A stretch of 63,002 nucleotides of DNA, filler included. It is 13 parts of 13 records of this genome, joined end to end, with 100 filler letters (N's around TTAATTAATTAA, not from the genome) between each part and the next. Parts side by side here need not be neighbours in the genome. Positions count along the whole stretch, not along the records: positions 35,175 to 38,713 come from SRR15195285_5444; positions 38,814 to 43,845 come from SRR15195285_5447; positions 43,946 to 49,691 come from SRR15195285_5448; 10 more parts are not named here. One strand, written 5' to 3'. This document shows, one piece after another, positions 35,684-48,600 of this stretch (positions are counted from its first letter, which is position 1; every line of letters starts with the position of its first letter). The notes below the pieces were generated by a model, which was given only the letters and a program-made list of their open reading frames with translations, did not search any database and was not told the origin of the DNA. Made by a program: the position numbers and the translations under genes.

Positions 35684-37123
35684 ATGGCGAGAATTTCTGC
35701 GACTGCAGCGACGCTGTCGCTTGTGGCAAGTGTGCTGGCGCAGTCTGGTTATGAGCCAGGCCCGTGGCCACCGCTGCCGAAGCCACACGCCCCCCCACTC
35801 GAGCTGCGCTGCACGGGTGCGACGCCGCGCTCCGTAGAGCTCAGCTGGAGACAACAAACGGAGATTGACGTGGACATGTTCGACGTGGAGTGTGGTCCGC
35901 CGGGGCGCCGGCCCTTCGTTTCACAAACTGTACCAGCGGTCACTGGCGCCGTCGTACAGACAACAAAGCTGATGAACCTCACGGCGTCTCTCGAGCTGCA
36001 GTGTCAGGTCCGCAGCCACCTGGCGGGGGCACCAAGCATTGTTGGGCGGTGGTCCACACTCTCACAACCACCAGTCAGCTGCAGCACGGCAGGGACAAGA
36101 TACGCCGGTCGCCCTCTGCCACCAGGCAGCTCAATACCCGAACATGGCTTGGAAGATGATAGGCGGTCGGACGACGTGTCGACGCTTGGTACTCGAGTGG
36201 TGCCCATGTGGCGCATCTCAGAATATGCCTACACTGAGCATGTGGACTATCTCGTAAACCACAACAGCGGCACGTTCGGCGGGATGGTCGCTCTGCTCAA
36301 CAACAATGGCCTTACGCTGTGGAATTTTACAAATGCGTGTATCAACGCCATTCGGCATGTCTGTCCACACATCCCCGGCAACCAAACCAGTGGTGTTGAG
36401 TGTCTCGACTGTGCAAGAGCACACTCGCCACAGCTGGCGGCAGCAGGGCTGTGCGATGCAAACGCTTCGTCCACTCTCGCAAAGAGCCAGTTTGAAGTCG
36501 ACAAGGTTGCAGCGTGTGGAATGGGCAACGACCCGGTGCCACTTTTTTTGCCTCTTGAGTCGCCAATGGTGGGTTACTGCGTTGAGATGCTGGACGTGCC
36601 ATTCAGTCGCTATCAATCATGCAATGGAGGTGCGATGCGCGATGGTGGGACGGAACCTATCTGCGAGTGCCAGCTGGGTGGAAATCGCGAGGAAGCCGCG
36701 GACTCGAAAGCCTCGATTGCTCTACACTGCAGTGGTCCCTCTGGGTGCACTTGCACAGACGATGGACAGCATTTGTCTGAGCGTTTCGTTGGGCGAATGG
36801 ACTATGTCATGACAACGAGCGACGCTGGTGCGCAGCCTTTTGTAGCAGGATATTGGTACTCGACTCCTCGGCTTGGCGAATGCCCGCCCAACGTATCGCT
36901 GGGGACGAACGGCTGTACTTGGCGACGCAGACCACAGGCCCACATGCTTTGGCTGAGCGACATGATCGAAGCAGGGTTTGACAACACTCCTACCACATTA
37001 AACTTCACACATGCACGCTATGCACATAATGCTGCCATTCTGAATGGCTCCATGATGGATTTATGGCAGCACTTTAGTTATCTGGGAGGCGCTGGTCCAT
37101 GTGCGGAGACTTTTCCGCAATAG
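35684..37123 (+). CDS. Secreted FN3-domain, Cys-rich protein of unknown function
   Basis: Signal peptide MARISATAATLSLVASVLA. FN3-like ATPRSVELSW...LMNLTASLELQCQVRS...WS. Cys-rich C-terminal part. Confidence 0.7.
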   Translation: MARISATAATLSLVASVLAQSGYEPGPWPPLPKPHAPPLELRCTGATPRSVELSWRQQTEIDVDMFDVECGPPGRRPFVSQTVPAVTGAVVQTTKLMNLTASLELQCQVRSHLAGAPSIVGRWSTLSQPPVSCSTAGTRYAGRPLPPGSSIPEHGLEDDRRSDDVSTLGTRVVPMWRISEYAYTEHVDYLVNHNSGTFGGMVALLNNNGLTLWNFTNACINAIRHVCPHIPGNQTSGVECLDCARAHSPQLAAAGLCDANASSTLAKSQFEVDKVAACGMGNDPVPLFLPLESPMVGYCVEMLDVPFSRYQSCNGGAMRDGGTEPICECQLGGNREEAADSKASIALHCSGPSGCTCTDDGQHLSERFVGRMDYVMTTSDAGAQPFVAGYWYSTPRLGECPPNVSLGTNGCTWRRRPQAHMLWLSDMIEAGFDNTPTTLNFTHARYAHNAAILNGSMMDLWQHFSYLGGAGPCAETFPQ

Positions 37124-37321
37124 CGTAATACGCTGTAGGCAGTACGCCATTGTCGTTAGATTAGAAGCCACGCAACGACAGCGATGGCGAAGCTGACCGA
37201 CAGGGCTCCTTGCTGGCTAACACGGTACAACATATAAATCGTTTGCGAATCCCGACATCCAAACATGCTACGGTATAGCATGGACTGCGTCAGTGTGTTG
37301 CAATGATTGTATTGGATCCAC

Positions 37322-38494
37322 CTATGGGGCGCTTGCTATCTCACTGCATCGGGTGGCTGGCGTACCCAACCGCCTGGTTGTACGTTGGTCTGCCTGCGAC
37401 CGTTCGCTCATCAGCCACAGATTCACGCACATAATCAACAGCGACAAACATGCCCAAGGCGCTACCTCAGCCCCACACGACCTGCTCCTGGTCGCGGCCT
37501 CCCTTGCGCTTAATACGCTACAGTGCACGATGAAATCCACGTGGGTGAAGTTTCGCCGTAGGTAGGCGTTTCCTTGGGTGGTAAGAGTCGCAGGATTGGG
37601 CCCAGAACCCCACGGAGGCATGTCGCCGTAGCCGCTGTAGACTTCACGCAGGCTCGCGAGTGACTGGTCGCTCAGATGACCGATTGGGGTCTCCCACGGG
37701 TTTCTACCAAGACTGGAATGGTCGCCTAAACTGAAGAACAGCTGAGTTGTCCGGGTGTCTGCAGAGCTGCCAGCGTAGCTCAGTGTGCCCTCGTGGAACA
37801 ACACCGCAGGGGACGGCGGTATATCGTCTTCGATAGTGGCACTGCTCCATTGATGTTGCATTGTCCGATTCCCACTGATGCCAAATTGTGCGACGAAGCC
37901 AGGTACCACGCGGAAAAACGCAACGTCTGTAAAAAACCTGACAGACACCAGCTGTAGAAAGTGCGCCACGCCTAGAGGTGACCAGTCCGATCGCAGTTGA
38001 ATCTCGAGCGGTCCCGCGGTCGTCGCACACACGACCCACTGCACCACAGGTCCGTTCCACCGTCTAGCTAGCCCACCATCATGAGAACGACTAGGGTCTC
38101 TTGTGTCTCCTGGCGAAGGTACGAAGGTGCTTTCGAGACACCACCCACTGGATGACCAGACTCCGCGCCAGGTGAGCAATGCGAACACTAGCATCAGCGC
38201 GCATCTCATCTGCGATCGTCGTGACCGACACACACCGACCAATCGTTGTGACCGAAGCCGTTCATCCGCAGCAGTGGCACAGCACACCAGGACAACACTG
38301 CAGGCGGCAGTGATGCGGGCCACGTCGGAGTACAGGCACCACAGCCCAGCCTGTTGAACTGCCAGCCCCGCCGCAGCCGCGAGCAACGGGCGCGAGCAGC
38401 GTCGTCGGTGCAGCACGCGTTCTCCCGCATCCTCGTGCGAATCCACTTGAGTTGACGGGCGTGGTGGAACCGCTGGCGCCGCCAGCGGTTCCAT
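37322..38494 (-). CDS. Cyclophilin-type peptidyl-prolyl isomerase with N-terminal hydrophobic segments
   Basis: TTAGPLEIQLRSDWSPLGVAHFLQLV, FFRVVPGFVAQFGISG, GTLSYA, RTTQLFF, PWETPIG, YSGYGD. Confidence 0.85.
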   Translation of the reverse strand: MEPLAAPAVPPRPSTQVDSHEDAGERVLHRRRCSRPLLAAAAGLAVQQAGLWCLYSDVARITAACSVVLVCCATAADERLRSQRLVGVCRSRRSQMRCALMLVFALLTWRGVWSSSGWCLESTFVPSPGDTRDPSRSHDGGLARRWNGPVVQWVVCATTAGPLEIQLRSDWSPLGVAHFLQLVSVRFFTDVAFFRVVPGFVAQFGISGNRTMQHQWSSATIEDDIPPSPAVLFHEGTLSYAGSSADTRTTQLFFSLGDHSSLGRNPWETPIGHLSDQSLASLREVYSGYGDMPPWGSGPNPATLTTQGNAYLRRNFTHVDFIVHCSVLSAREAATRSRSCGAEVAPWACLSLLIMCVNLWLMSERSQADQRTTRRLGTPATRCSEIASAP

Positions 38495-38813
38495 CGGCGC
38501 GAGCAGTGCAGCCTGAATCCTTGGCGCTCTCGATGTGCCCCGGCGCCAGGCAAGCTAAGCGGGCGGCGATGACGAGGCAGCCCCACGCGTGCTAGAGCCT
38601 CGGTGCGCTCGTGCGTCTCCTGCACGCCGTTGGGCGTTGGCACACTCGCGACACACAGCATCACGCATGTATGGTACACGCAGCTGTTTATATCTCCGAG
38701 TTCCAGCTGCGAGNNNNNNNNNNNNNNNNNNNNNNNNNNNNNNNNNNNNNNNNNNNNTTAATTAATTAANNNNNNNNNNNNNNNNNNNNNNNNNNNNNNN
38801 NNNNNNNNNNNNN

Positions 38814-40098
38814 CAGCAGCAGCAGCAGCAGCAGCAGCAGAGGGAGCAAGCCGGATGAAGCGGAGAGCGTGCGTGTCTGCCTTACTACGACGCCAACCTC
38901 TGCCCGGCCTTTCCCGCCAGGCCCCCGCATCGGTAGGAACGCCATTTTCTGATCGCAGCAAGCGTACGAGAGCCGAAAGGGTCAAACGAAACTCAACCAA
39001 AACTCAACGCACAGCTGCACGAAATGCCGTAGGCACCCAACTACAAAAGGACGGCGGAAGGAAAAAGGCGGGGGCCTAGGTTGATCTTACCTTATCTGTG
39101 AAATTGCGAAAGTCGACAATTGAGGGCCGCCGCAGCTGATATCCCTGGTGCAGCCTGTCATACGGAACGCCGCCCTCGAAAATGGTCGCACGCAGCGGAG
39201 CGGGTGCCGCGGCATCGCCCTCAGCTGCCGCCGGCCCAAGACCTGCCGCTTGCCTTGCCTTGTCCAGATCCAGGTGAGCACCAGAGCCGCCGTGGACTTG
39301 CAGCTGGAAGACAATCGCTTGACCTTTGGACACCACGATGCGCTGAAACAATTCGTCGAAATTGTCGAAGGTGAAGCACAGCAGCGGGTAGGTATACAGC
39401 GTTTGCCCCTTGACCACTACGCTCTCTGGTCGGCTGATCGAAGGGTACGCCTCTGCCACCACCTTCTCTGCCGCCGAGAAGCGGTCGTCCGTCATCTTGC
39501 CCACGGCGACAGTGACGGTGTAACGCAGCTGCAGGAGAACGTTGAGACAGAAAGTGTCGCGCCAGCGCACGCCCGTGCCCGGGAAGAGGCGCTGGACATT
39601 CTCAGGATCCGAGGGCTTGCTTCGCCGCTTGACGAATACCAAGTCCTCAGACCCTCCTAATGCCTTTGCGTACATCTCTTCGTTACTCTCCTCGCTCACA
39701 ATATCCTCGAGCGACTGATCGGCATCCGAACCTGCCACGTAAAAGATCAAGTCGTCCACTGCACACGAGATCCAACAGCGTCAGCACATCGGCACCTCCA
39801 CCACACCACGCGGGCTGGACTCTCTGGGCTCGGCGCGCAACGCATCCCCCGGGGACGGGATTATACGCCGGCTGAGCATGCGCTGTTTGTGCCGAGCTGA
39901 CTGGACTGTGACCAGCAAACCCCAGAGACGAGATGATGGGAGCGAGGCATAGGAGGACGCAGACTTACGGTGAGGGTCGTGATTGGCGTGGAAAAACTTC
40001 CGGGCCCCCTCCATCCATTCTTCTGCCTCTGTCGGCGGCGCTTTAGCTACGGCACAGATGAACCCTGCCAAGGAGTCGCACCCGGCGGCTGCTGCCAT
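38814..40098 (-). CDS. KIAA0930/DUF2045-like protein, multi-exon, 3' truncated
   Basis: DDLIFYV, VFVKRR, VRWRDTFCLNVLLQLRYTVTVAV, TYPLLCFTFDNFDELF and TIFEGGVPY fit the family pattern as I recall it. GT-AG introns. Confidence 0.7.
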
Positions 40099-40763
40099 CG
40101 CCACGGGGCGAGACCACCAGCCAGAGCAGCCAGCGCTGCACAGAGCCGCGCCCTGCCCGCCACCTGCGTTGGAGAAGCCGCCCTGCCACCTCTGCAGGAG
40201 CCCCTGCCACCTGGGAGCCTCTGGGAAGGCCCGCCACGCGCCGGTGTTTCCCAGGCAGCGCCCTTGCGGCTTGGGCACTGCGCCACGACCACAGCACAGC
40301 CGTTCCAGCACCCTGCGCCACCCCGCGCGGTGACTGAGGATTGACAATTATGCAAACTGGTATAAATGTCTAATGGATTCTTCGATTGACGACTACATGT
40401 ATACTACATTGTATTCGGCTTGGTGAACCGGGTCACGGACCAACGTTCCAAAATACCAGGTATCAAATTTAGAAGACTCAGCTGCTACCGATTCTATCCA
40501 GCTGGTACACGATGTGCCGGGTGTAGTCTCAGTTGTCCCCTAGCACCGGACAGCAGGCCGCTCGTGCATATATGCAGCTCGTGGCTAGGGGCAGGCTGGC
40601 AGCCCGCACCGCGTGTCGCATTGCGCAACAAATGGCGCTGCGAGGGCCCCTCGGGCTCGTTGCAGAACCGACGCAGTGAGAGCATGCCCATGGTCGCCAA
40701 GAGATCGCTCGCACGATGTGGCGCGTTGTGCACCGGCGAGGATATCATCCGCTACCGACTTGT

Positions 40764-43577
40764 TCATTTCAAGCTTGACTGCAAGCTCGTGTAAGCCGCT
40801 TTTGCTTTGTAGTGGTCGTCGAGCATGCACCCTCCCGCTTTGGCTGCTCCTGCGCCGGCTGGACCGCCACAGAAAGTGTCCGTGAAGCCCTCGAAGTGGA
40901 GCGCTTTGCAGTAGTGGGCGCCAGCGCATGCCGCGCCAACCGTATGGTAAACGTCCGCGAGCGCTTGCGAGCGAAGGTCCGCACGAGCAGCCAAGTTTTC
41001 AGCCACCGGGGCTGTCTGCAACGATATCCATACAGGGAAACCAGCTCCACCGAACGCTGCGATCGCCGCACTGAGCGCAGACAGGTTCGTACACTCATCG
41101 GAGGACTGGTCTGTAGCGACAACACCAGTGCACTGCAGCTTGAAAAGCACGCCATCGATCGGTGTGCCCTGTGTCTTCGCTGCCTGCAGTAGCTTTAGTG
41201 TTGCAGAGGCCTTCGTGCCCAGGCCGGTTATCTGGTCCCGTGCACCCGCCGCTGCCGTGATGCCTGTGTCGGCGTAGAGCAAAGACGGCTGCTGTGCAGC
41301 GTGCGCCTTTGTAGCGTCCACTGCGTTGCGTGCTGCAACAAACGCAGTGTTAAGCAATGCGGCGTTGCCATCAGAGCTTGAGCCGTAAGCTTTCGCCCAG
41401 ACGTTGTCTTGCGGCCCAGTTCCAGCACTACGCGGGGCACCCGAATCATCGAGCAAGTCCGAAACAACCACTGCTGCACCGAATGGGATGGCATCAAAGT
41501 CATCAAACATGATCTTCTGTCCCGCGCAGGCCGTGACAATGTATGACAGCACGTTCGACACATGCTCATTGATCAACGCAGCTGCGGTGGATCGAGCTGT
41601 ACCCACCGCTTGCAGCCACCAGCTCGGCAAGTCTTCACGGAGGGCCGGCACAAGTGGCGTGTCGAAGAATGCTGTGACTCCATCCTGTGACTGAGCATAG
41701 TGCAGCAGGCTTTGTGCGCAGTGGTAGTCAAAGGCGCTGCGGTTCGGCCGGAGGTAACGCACACTGGTACAATTTGCCCACGCAAACATCGAGAACTGGT
41801 TGAAGAAGACCATGTGGTACGGCTGGTATGCGTCGCCATACGCGAGATCCCCCGTCTTGTGACTCTTATCTCCGCGCACATGTGGTGGGGGCTGGTCTAC
41901 AATCGTTGCACCGACCAAGATTGACCGCGCAGCGCCAAGACTTTTCAGCGGGGTTCCAGGCGGTAGGACATCGCAGTCCTGGGTTGTCGCCACAACTGAG
42001 CGTAGGTATGTGTGCAGCTGATCATGGACGAAGCAAACCGTGCCGCCTCCCCGCTTCTGCTGCGAGCTCATTCGATTGATGCCACCCACGCAGATGACGT
42101 TCGGGTTGGTGCTCCGAGCGACGGCGCCCATGTTAACCCCTGTTTGATTGGCCGCAGCAACCCTGCGCTCCATCGATATCGCTCCACCAGCGTGAGCTTC
42201 GGCAGCCGTGACTGACACTCCCCACTTCGCATGATCGCTGGTGTAGTGGTACGAGCAGTGACTTCCAGGGCCAGGGTCGGCTGCCACTGGAGTCATTGAG
42301 GTCCCCAGGTGCCTGCGGAGAGTCGGCGCTGTCGGTGCCTCGGTGGCCTGCACGCCGTCGATTGCTCGCTGTATGAATTGCTGCCGCGATGTGTTGTGCT
42401 TGCAGGGGAACTCCATATTGATTGCGTTGATCGACGGCATCGTGTGCTCCGGCGGACAGAAAGAGTCGAGGATCGATGGATTGCGCCGCCAGGTTTCCCA
42501 GAGCATCGCCTCTACCTTGTGCGTTGTGGCGAGGCTCGGCATCACCTCGTCCTCGTAAACGTTCTCGATATGCAGTGGAGATTTCACGAACGACGTCGCC
42601 GCAAGCGCAGGGCTGCCGCCCATACCACGCGTCTTGACGGCGGCGCGGCTGGAGTTGGCGAGACCGCGGTAGCCACGGGCGAGCGCAGCAAGGGACGGGA
42701 CGTCTGCGGCCAAGGAGCCCGGCGTCGCGACACCCCCTACGAGCCCCGGCATCTGCATGCCGTAAACAATCGCGTGGGCAGTAGTCATTTGCGTCGCCGC
42801 CTGCTCCACACCCTCCGCGCTCAGCGAGAGGCAGAGGTATGTCTGGCCGAACTTGGGCGAGCCCGTGTAGGCGTATTGCGCGAGGCGCACGTCCGGCAGC
42901 TTCGGCGTGGAGTGCACCAGCCAGAAGCCCACCTTGCCATCTGTCACGAGCACACCCTTCGCGTGCGCGCCTTTGTCACCCTCTGGTGCTGGCGGGCCGA
43001 GGATTCGCGCGCCGTCTGGGGGCTGATCGTTGTACGCGACATAAGCCAGGCCGGCGTCGCCTTTACCCGCGTAGACGTGTGCAAAGCTGCCGCCCAACAT
43101 GCCGGCGGACGCATTCGGCGCAGCGGGCTGCGCCGATGGGTCCGTAACCACGTCGCCTCGACTGTCGCGGTACGCGTAGAAGAGCCCGGCCGGGAGCTTG
43201 TACATGAACGCCCAATCGACCGCGTTGCCAGCGCGCCCGCGGCAGCTCGGCGGCTGGCGCTGCGGCAGCACGTCGGCGAGGCATTCGCCGAGCGTCATGA
43301 CGTCGCCATCGACCGCGGCCGGGAAGCAGTGACGCGCCTCCGCCATTGAGGCCACGTCGTGCTCCGTCAGACAGTCGGCGACCGCGCGGCAGCTCGGGTT
43401 CCTATCGCAGTGCTCCAGCACCCCGGGGCACTTGTGCTCCAGCGGAGATCGGCACGCAGTCGGCGTGCGGGCCTGCAGGTCGCACACCCCGCGCCCTGTC
43501 GGCAGCGTGTGGGCCTCCGACGGCACGGCGGCGGCAATCACCACCATCACCACGGCGGCGATCACAGCGCCGAGCAT
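40764..43577 (-). CDS. Deoxyribonuclease II fused to a C-terminal GH10-like pseudo-glycosidase domain
   Basis: DNase II motifs VDWAFMYKLP, YNDQPP, HAKGVL, GFWLVHSTPK, GQTYLCLS, DHAKWGVS and CVGGINRMSSQQKRGGGTVC. The C-terminal ~390 aa follows GH10 motif order and ends in MLDDHYKAKAAYTSL. Confidence 0.85.
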   Translation of the reverse strand: MLGAVIAAVVMVVIAAAVPSEAHTLPTGRGVCDLQARTPTACRSPLEHKCPGVLEHCDRNPSCRAVADCLTEHDVASMAEARHCFPAAVDGDVMTLGECLADVLPQRQPPSCRGRAGNAVDWAFMYKLPAGLFYAYRDSRGDVVTDPSAQPAAPNASAGMLGGSFAHVYAGKGDAGLAYVAYNDQPPDGARILGPPAPEGDKGAHAKGVLVTDGKVGFWLVHSTPKLPDVRLAQYAYTGSPKFGQTYLCLSLSAEGVEQAATQMTTAHAIVYGMQMPGLVGGVATPGSLAADVPSLAALARGYRGLANSSRAAVKTRGMGGSPALAATSFVKSPLHIENVYEDEVMPSLATTHKVEAMLWETWRRNPSILDSFCPPEHTMPSINAINMEFPCKHNTSRQQFIQRAIDGVQATEAPTAPTLRRHLGTSMTPVAADPGPGSHCSYHYTSDHAKWGVSVTAAEAHAGGAISMERRVAAANQTGVNMGAVARSTNPNVICVGGINRMSSQQKRGGGTVCFVHDQLHTYLRSVVATTQDCDVLPPGTPLKSLGAARSILVGATIVDQPPPHVRGDKSHKTGDLAYGDAYQPYHMVFFNQFSMFAWANCTSVRYLRPNRSAFDYHCAQSLLHYAQSQDGVTAFFDTPLVPALREDLPSWWLQAVGTARSTAAALINEHVSNVLSYIVTACAGQKIMFDDFDAIPFGAAVVVSDLLDDSGAPRSAGTGPQDNVWAKAYGSSSDGNAALLNTAFVAARNAVDATKAHAAQQPSLLYADTGITAAAGARDQITGLGTKASATLKLLQAAKTQGTPIDGVLFKLQCTGVVATDQSSDECTNLSALSAAIAAFGGAGFPVWISLQTAPVAENLAARADLRSQALADVYHTVGAACAGAHYCKALHFEGFTDTFCGGPAGAGAAKAGGCMLDDHYKAKAAYTSLQSSLK

Positions 43578-43588
43578 CTGCTGCCGCG

Positions 43589-43678
43589 GATGAGGATGAG
43601 GATGAGGATGCGGATGAGGATGAGGATGAGGGTGAGGATGAGGATGAGGGTGAGGGTGAGGATGAGGATGAGGATGAG
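43589..43678. repeat. (GATGAG)n hexamer microsatellite just upstream of the DNase II ATG
   Basis: Read directly. Confidence 0.9.
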
Positions 43679-43945
43679 GCGCACCGCCTGCGTTCCAAGC
43701 GCCGGGATGGGAGTGTTAAAAGCACGGTAGGCGGCGTGCACTCTACGCCATACACCGTCCCAGCCGACGCGCTGAGTTCACACCCTTCCGCTGAGGGTAT
43801 CACAGAAATGGTACCATTTTCCAATACAGACTGCACAAAAGTTGANNNNNNNNNNNNNNNNNNNNNNNNNNNNNNNNNNNNNNNNNNNNTTAATTAATTA
43901 ANNNNNNNNNNNNNNNNNNNNNNNNNNNNNNNNNNNNNNNNNNNN

Positions 43946-44934
<989 letters not shown>

Positions 44935-45633
44935 GGTTTTCACTCCGCAAAGCAGCAGCAAAACGAGGCTGCGCTTGTCCTACCTGTAGCTAAAGTGCGC
45001 ACCCGCCAACTCCCACCAAGCGGCGTCTGCTGGCCACGTTCGTCTGCTCCGGTGCCGCCTGCGTCGACCTCTCGACCAGCATGGAGTCGACTCGATCGAC
45101 CGCATCGCACGACCGGATCGCTCGTGGGATCGACTGCGTGCTGCTGCCTGCTCGCTCCCGACTACGGTACTGTGTACACCATAGTCGACATAGTACATGA
45201 TCATGTGAACATGTACCGGTATGTACTGTGCATGCAGTAACCGGACTACATTTGGGAATGTTTCTGCACTTGCCGGCGCTAATTATCACGTGCGTACGTG
45301 ATTCTGACTGCTTCGCATTTCGGACCCTGGCTGAGCCCTCAGTTCTGTGACTGACCATCGGTCCCGCATATACGCAGCGCATCCCCGACGCGAGTACTTG
45401 TGACATGGGTTGTGGTAAATGTATCTTGTAGGGGATATCAGTTCTCACTGAAATCGACTGTATTCGAAAGGTCGCATCGCTACCCACAACCCAGCAACCC
45501 GAGATGCCGAGAACGATGGTGCTCGCGCGTAGGAAGCCCACCCACCACGCAGCGCCTCAAACTGGTCGATCAGTGACAAACAAGGGCGCGTCCACGTCTA
45601 GGTAGGGCTTCTCGTTGGGGTTTCATGCGATGG

Positions 45634-48600
45634 TCAGCGCCGTGAGCTGTGCGACTTTTTGGCCTTATCTTTCTTGTTTTTGCGTTTTTTCTTCTTGTGT
45701 TTGCTCTTCTTCTCCTTCTTGTGCGAACGCTTGCTCTTCTTTCGTGCCCTCCGTTCCTCCTCACTATCGCTCTCTTCACCGTCGTCGCTAGAGCTCGTGG
45801 AGCTGCCAGCCGCACCCGGCAGTCCTGTCACCTCTTCCGCCTGTTCGGCTCCTGCGACGCGCCGTCGGTCCACTGCGGATGCTATCATTGCCTGCCGCAG
45901 CTCGTGCTCCCGTGCGTCTCCACGTGGCGAACTCGCCGGGCGCTGCACGTCAAATCTACGCGGAGCTTTCCTAGCCGCGGTGTCTACATTTCTATTCCGT
46001 ACAAAGCCGCAATTATCAGGCCCGACAGGACGTTCAGCAGCAGGAAAGTTTCTGCCAGAACGCGACGGTTGCGTGTCAGCAGTCATCCACGCCGGCTGTG
46101 TAGCTCCCATGCCACGACCCATTGGCCCTCTAGATTCCGCATGCACGCCTACTCTGCCACCTGGCTCAACATGAGGTGGCCCTGTTCTCCCTTTGCCGCC
46201 AGAATTTGGAATCGGATCACGGCTGAGCCAGCCTCCTTGCTGGAACACGCCACGCTTGAGCGAGCCCTGGGGCACAACCACTGCTGGCGAGTCTGGAGGT
46301 GCGTCACCCGCGGCTCTCCCTGCCCGCCCGTCACTCTTTCCTGCCACTGTGCCTATGCCCCGCGCAGGTTGACCTGGTAGCGGATCATACCGCCCAGATT
46401 CACGAAACAGCGATTGCAAAGGATCCTCTTCAACTGCACCCATTGCGCCTCTAGTCACCTCCGCAGGCGTTCCATTTGGTCTATCCTGCTGCTCCTTGTT
46501 CTCCCCTTCATCCTCATTATCCTCGTCGTCCTCGTCGTCCTCGTCGTCTTCGCTGCTGGACTCTTCGAAAATGGCTTTGAAAATTCCGTTCGGCACAGGC
46601 TTCTCCGGCACATCCTCTGCAGCTGCGCTATAACCACTCACATCTGCTGGCTGTTTTGCTTCCTCGATGTTGTCCTGCTTGGATGGCGCAGAGATGCTTG
46701 CTTGCTGCTTGTGCGCAAGTGAATACATCTCGTCCGGCAAACTGAGCAGCTCCCTCGTTTGCCCTTGACCGCTGTCCTCTGGTCTCCCCTGATTTCCACC
46801 TTTTCCACCATACGGGTCCGGTACGTTGAAACGTTTGCACAGCAGCTTCACTGGCGCCCAGGCAGTGGTGGAACGACGAACTGCCTTCGCTGCCTTAGCT
46901 GCAGCTGCAATTTGTGAGCCAGTCTGAAGCCCACCCGAGGCCGCCTGGCTACTTTTCAGCGCCTCAGCGGCTGCTGCGCCGCCGCGAATCAGCTCAGCAA
47001 ACTCTTCTTTCTCTCTAGACACTTCCCATTCCGTCATTCCTGCGCCTGCCCATGGACCTACTTCTGAAGCCACACCATCCATCTTGCGGAAACCCGTCTT
47101 GTTTTGCTCCCTGTAGTAAGCTTCCAGGCGTGCCTGCTTCGCGGGCTCGTCCGGTAGGAAGCACCCAGCAAGCGCAGCAGGTATACTGCCTGCAGCCAGA
47201 CCGGCGCCAGCCCCTGGGGCAGAATCACTTGCCTTTACGAAACGCGAACCAGCCGCGAGTGTCGCAGCGATCTTCTGGCGGTCAGACTCAGACATGCCTG
47301 GGTTGTTTAAGCTCATCAGCGACGGTCCCACACCTAATCTGGGTGGCGGAGGCGCGACAGAGACTGCGCTGACACCAGGAGGTGGGCGAGAAGGCGCAGC
47401 AAGTTCGCCAAGCATGCTTCCTCGCTGTGATGAACTTAAATTCGCCGCCGCTCTTCGATTACCAGCTTTGCCTGCATTGGGCTCTATCCGTTTCGGCTTC
47501 TCCAGCCTCCAGGATCCAGTGGTTTCGTCAACCACCCAGTTCCCCGACGTCACTGCTGCCGCACCCGTCTCGCCCTCCTCCGGCTTAAACATGTGAAAGG
47601 GCCGAAAGTCGTTAGGCACAGTTGGTGCAGTGTACCATTTGGCTGGCAAGCTGCTACGAGTTGCAACGACGAAGCCGACCAGGGCTGGCATGCCATCAGA
47701 GCATTTGCCTCCGTCTCCAGCCCCGCTGAGGCTCGAGGTAGCAGCACTCGACGGACCAACTATTGAACTTGCAGAGGGGCCGTGGCGACCTCGCCTGCGT
47801 GTTGCTTCGTCCTCTGCTTCACCTGTCTCAAAGTCGTATTCGGAGCGCTCTGTGTGGTCGTAGACTTCGTGGTCGTCCTCGTCTTCCAGAGCACCGATGC
47901 CAAAAGCACCACGCTTCTGCTGCGAGATCCCCAGGGAAGCATGCGACGGCTGTGGCTCATCCTTACGAAACTCTGGGGCCCCTACGAATGGATCGAACCC
48001 CAAGCCGAAGAAGTTGTCTTTTCCAGTGCCCGGGTCGAAGGTTGCGGTGTTCTTCGGCGCGAACAGGAACGCTGCTCCGTACGGATCATCGTCCACTTCA
48101 TCGTTGCCGTCTTCTTGCCGTTCTTCTGTGCCGCTGCCACGGCTATCGTGCGCGTCAGACTGTGCTGCGCCCCCCCAACCTGGCGGTAATGGACAGCTGT
48201 AGCGCTTGGCTGGTGGTTCTTTGTCATCAGCTGGCTTCTGCGTGGTGCTGCTTTGCGTGTTACGCTTGCGTGCTTGACGTGGACCCACGCCTTGGCCTTC
48301 GCGCCAGCCCATCAGTCTGAGCAACTGTTTGCCTATCCCTTCAGTTGTGGGCGTCACAAATTCATCAGGCGCATCCCCAGGGATGACACTGCGGCTGGTC
48401 TCAGCCGCTCGCTTGGCCTGCCGCTGGATGTCCGCTGCAGTGCTGCCGAGGCTGTCGTACTGGCTGTTGGTCTGCAGCTGCTTACCGCCGAAGCTGGTCA
48501 AGTCATCTTCGTCCATAAACTCCTCGGCGGTCTGCTGCTGCTGCTGCTGCTGCTGGCTGTTCCGGTTGCTTCGGGACGACTTGAAAGATTTCGGAGCCCA

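Noticed and set aside
42309-43349. Long antisense or overlapping ORFs (e.g. 42309-43349, 7247-8095, 8569-9549, 45649-46380)
   Set aside because: They are shadow ORFs of GC-rich coding sequence on the opposite strand, with no recognisable motifs.
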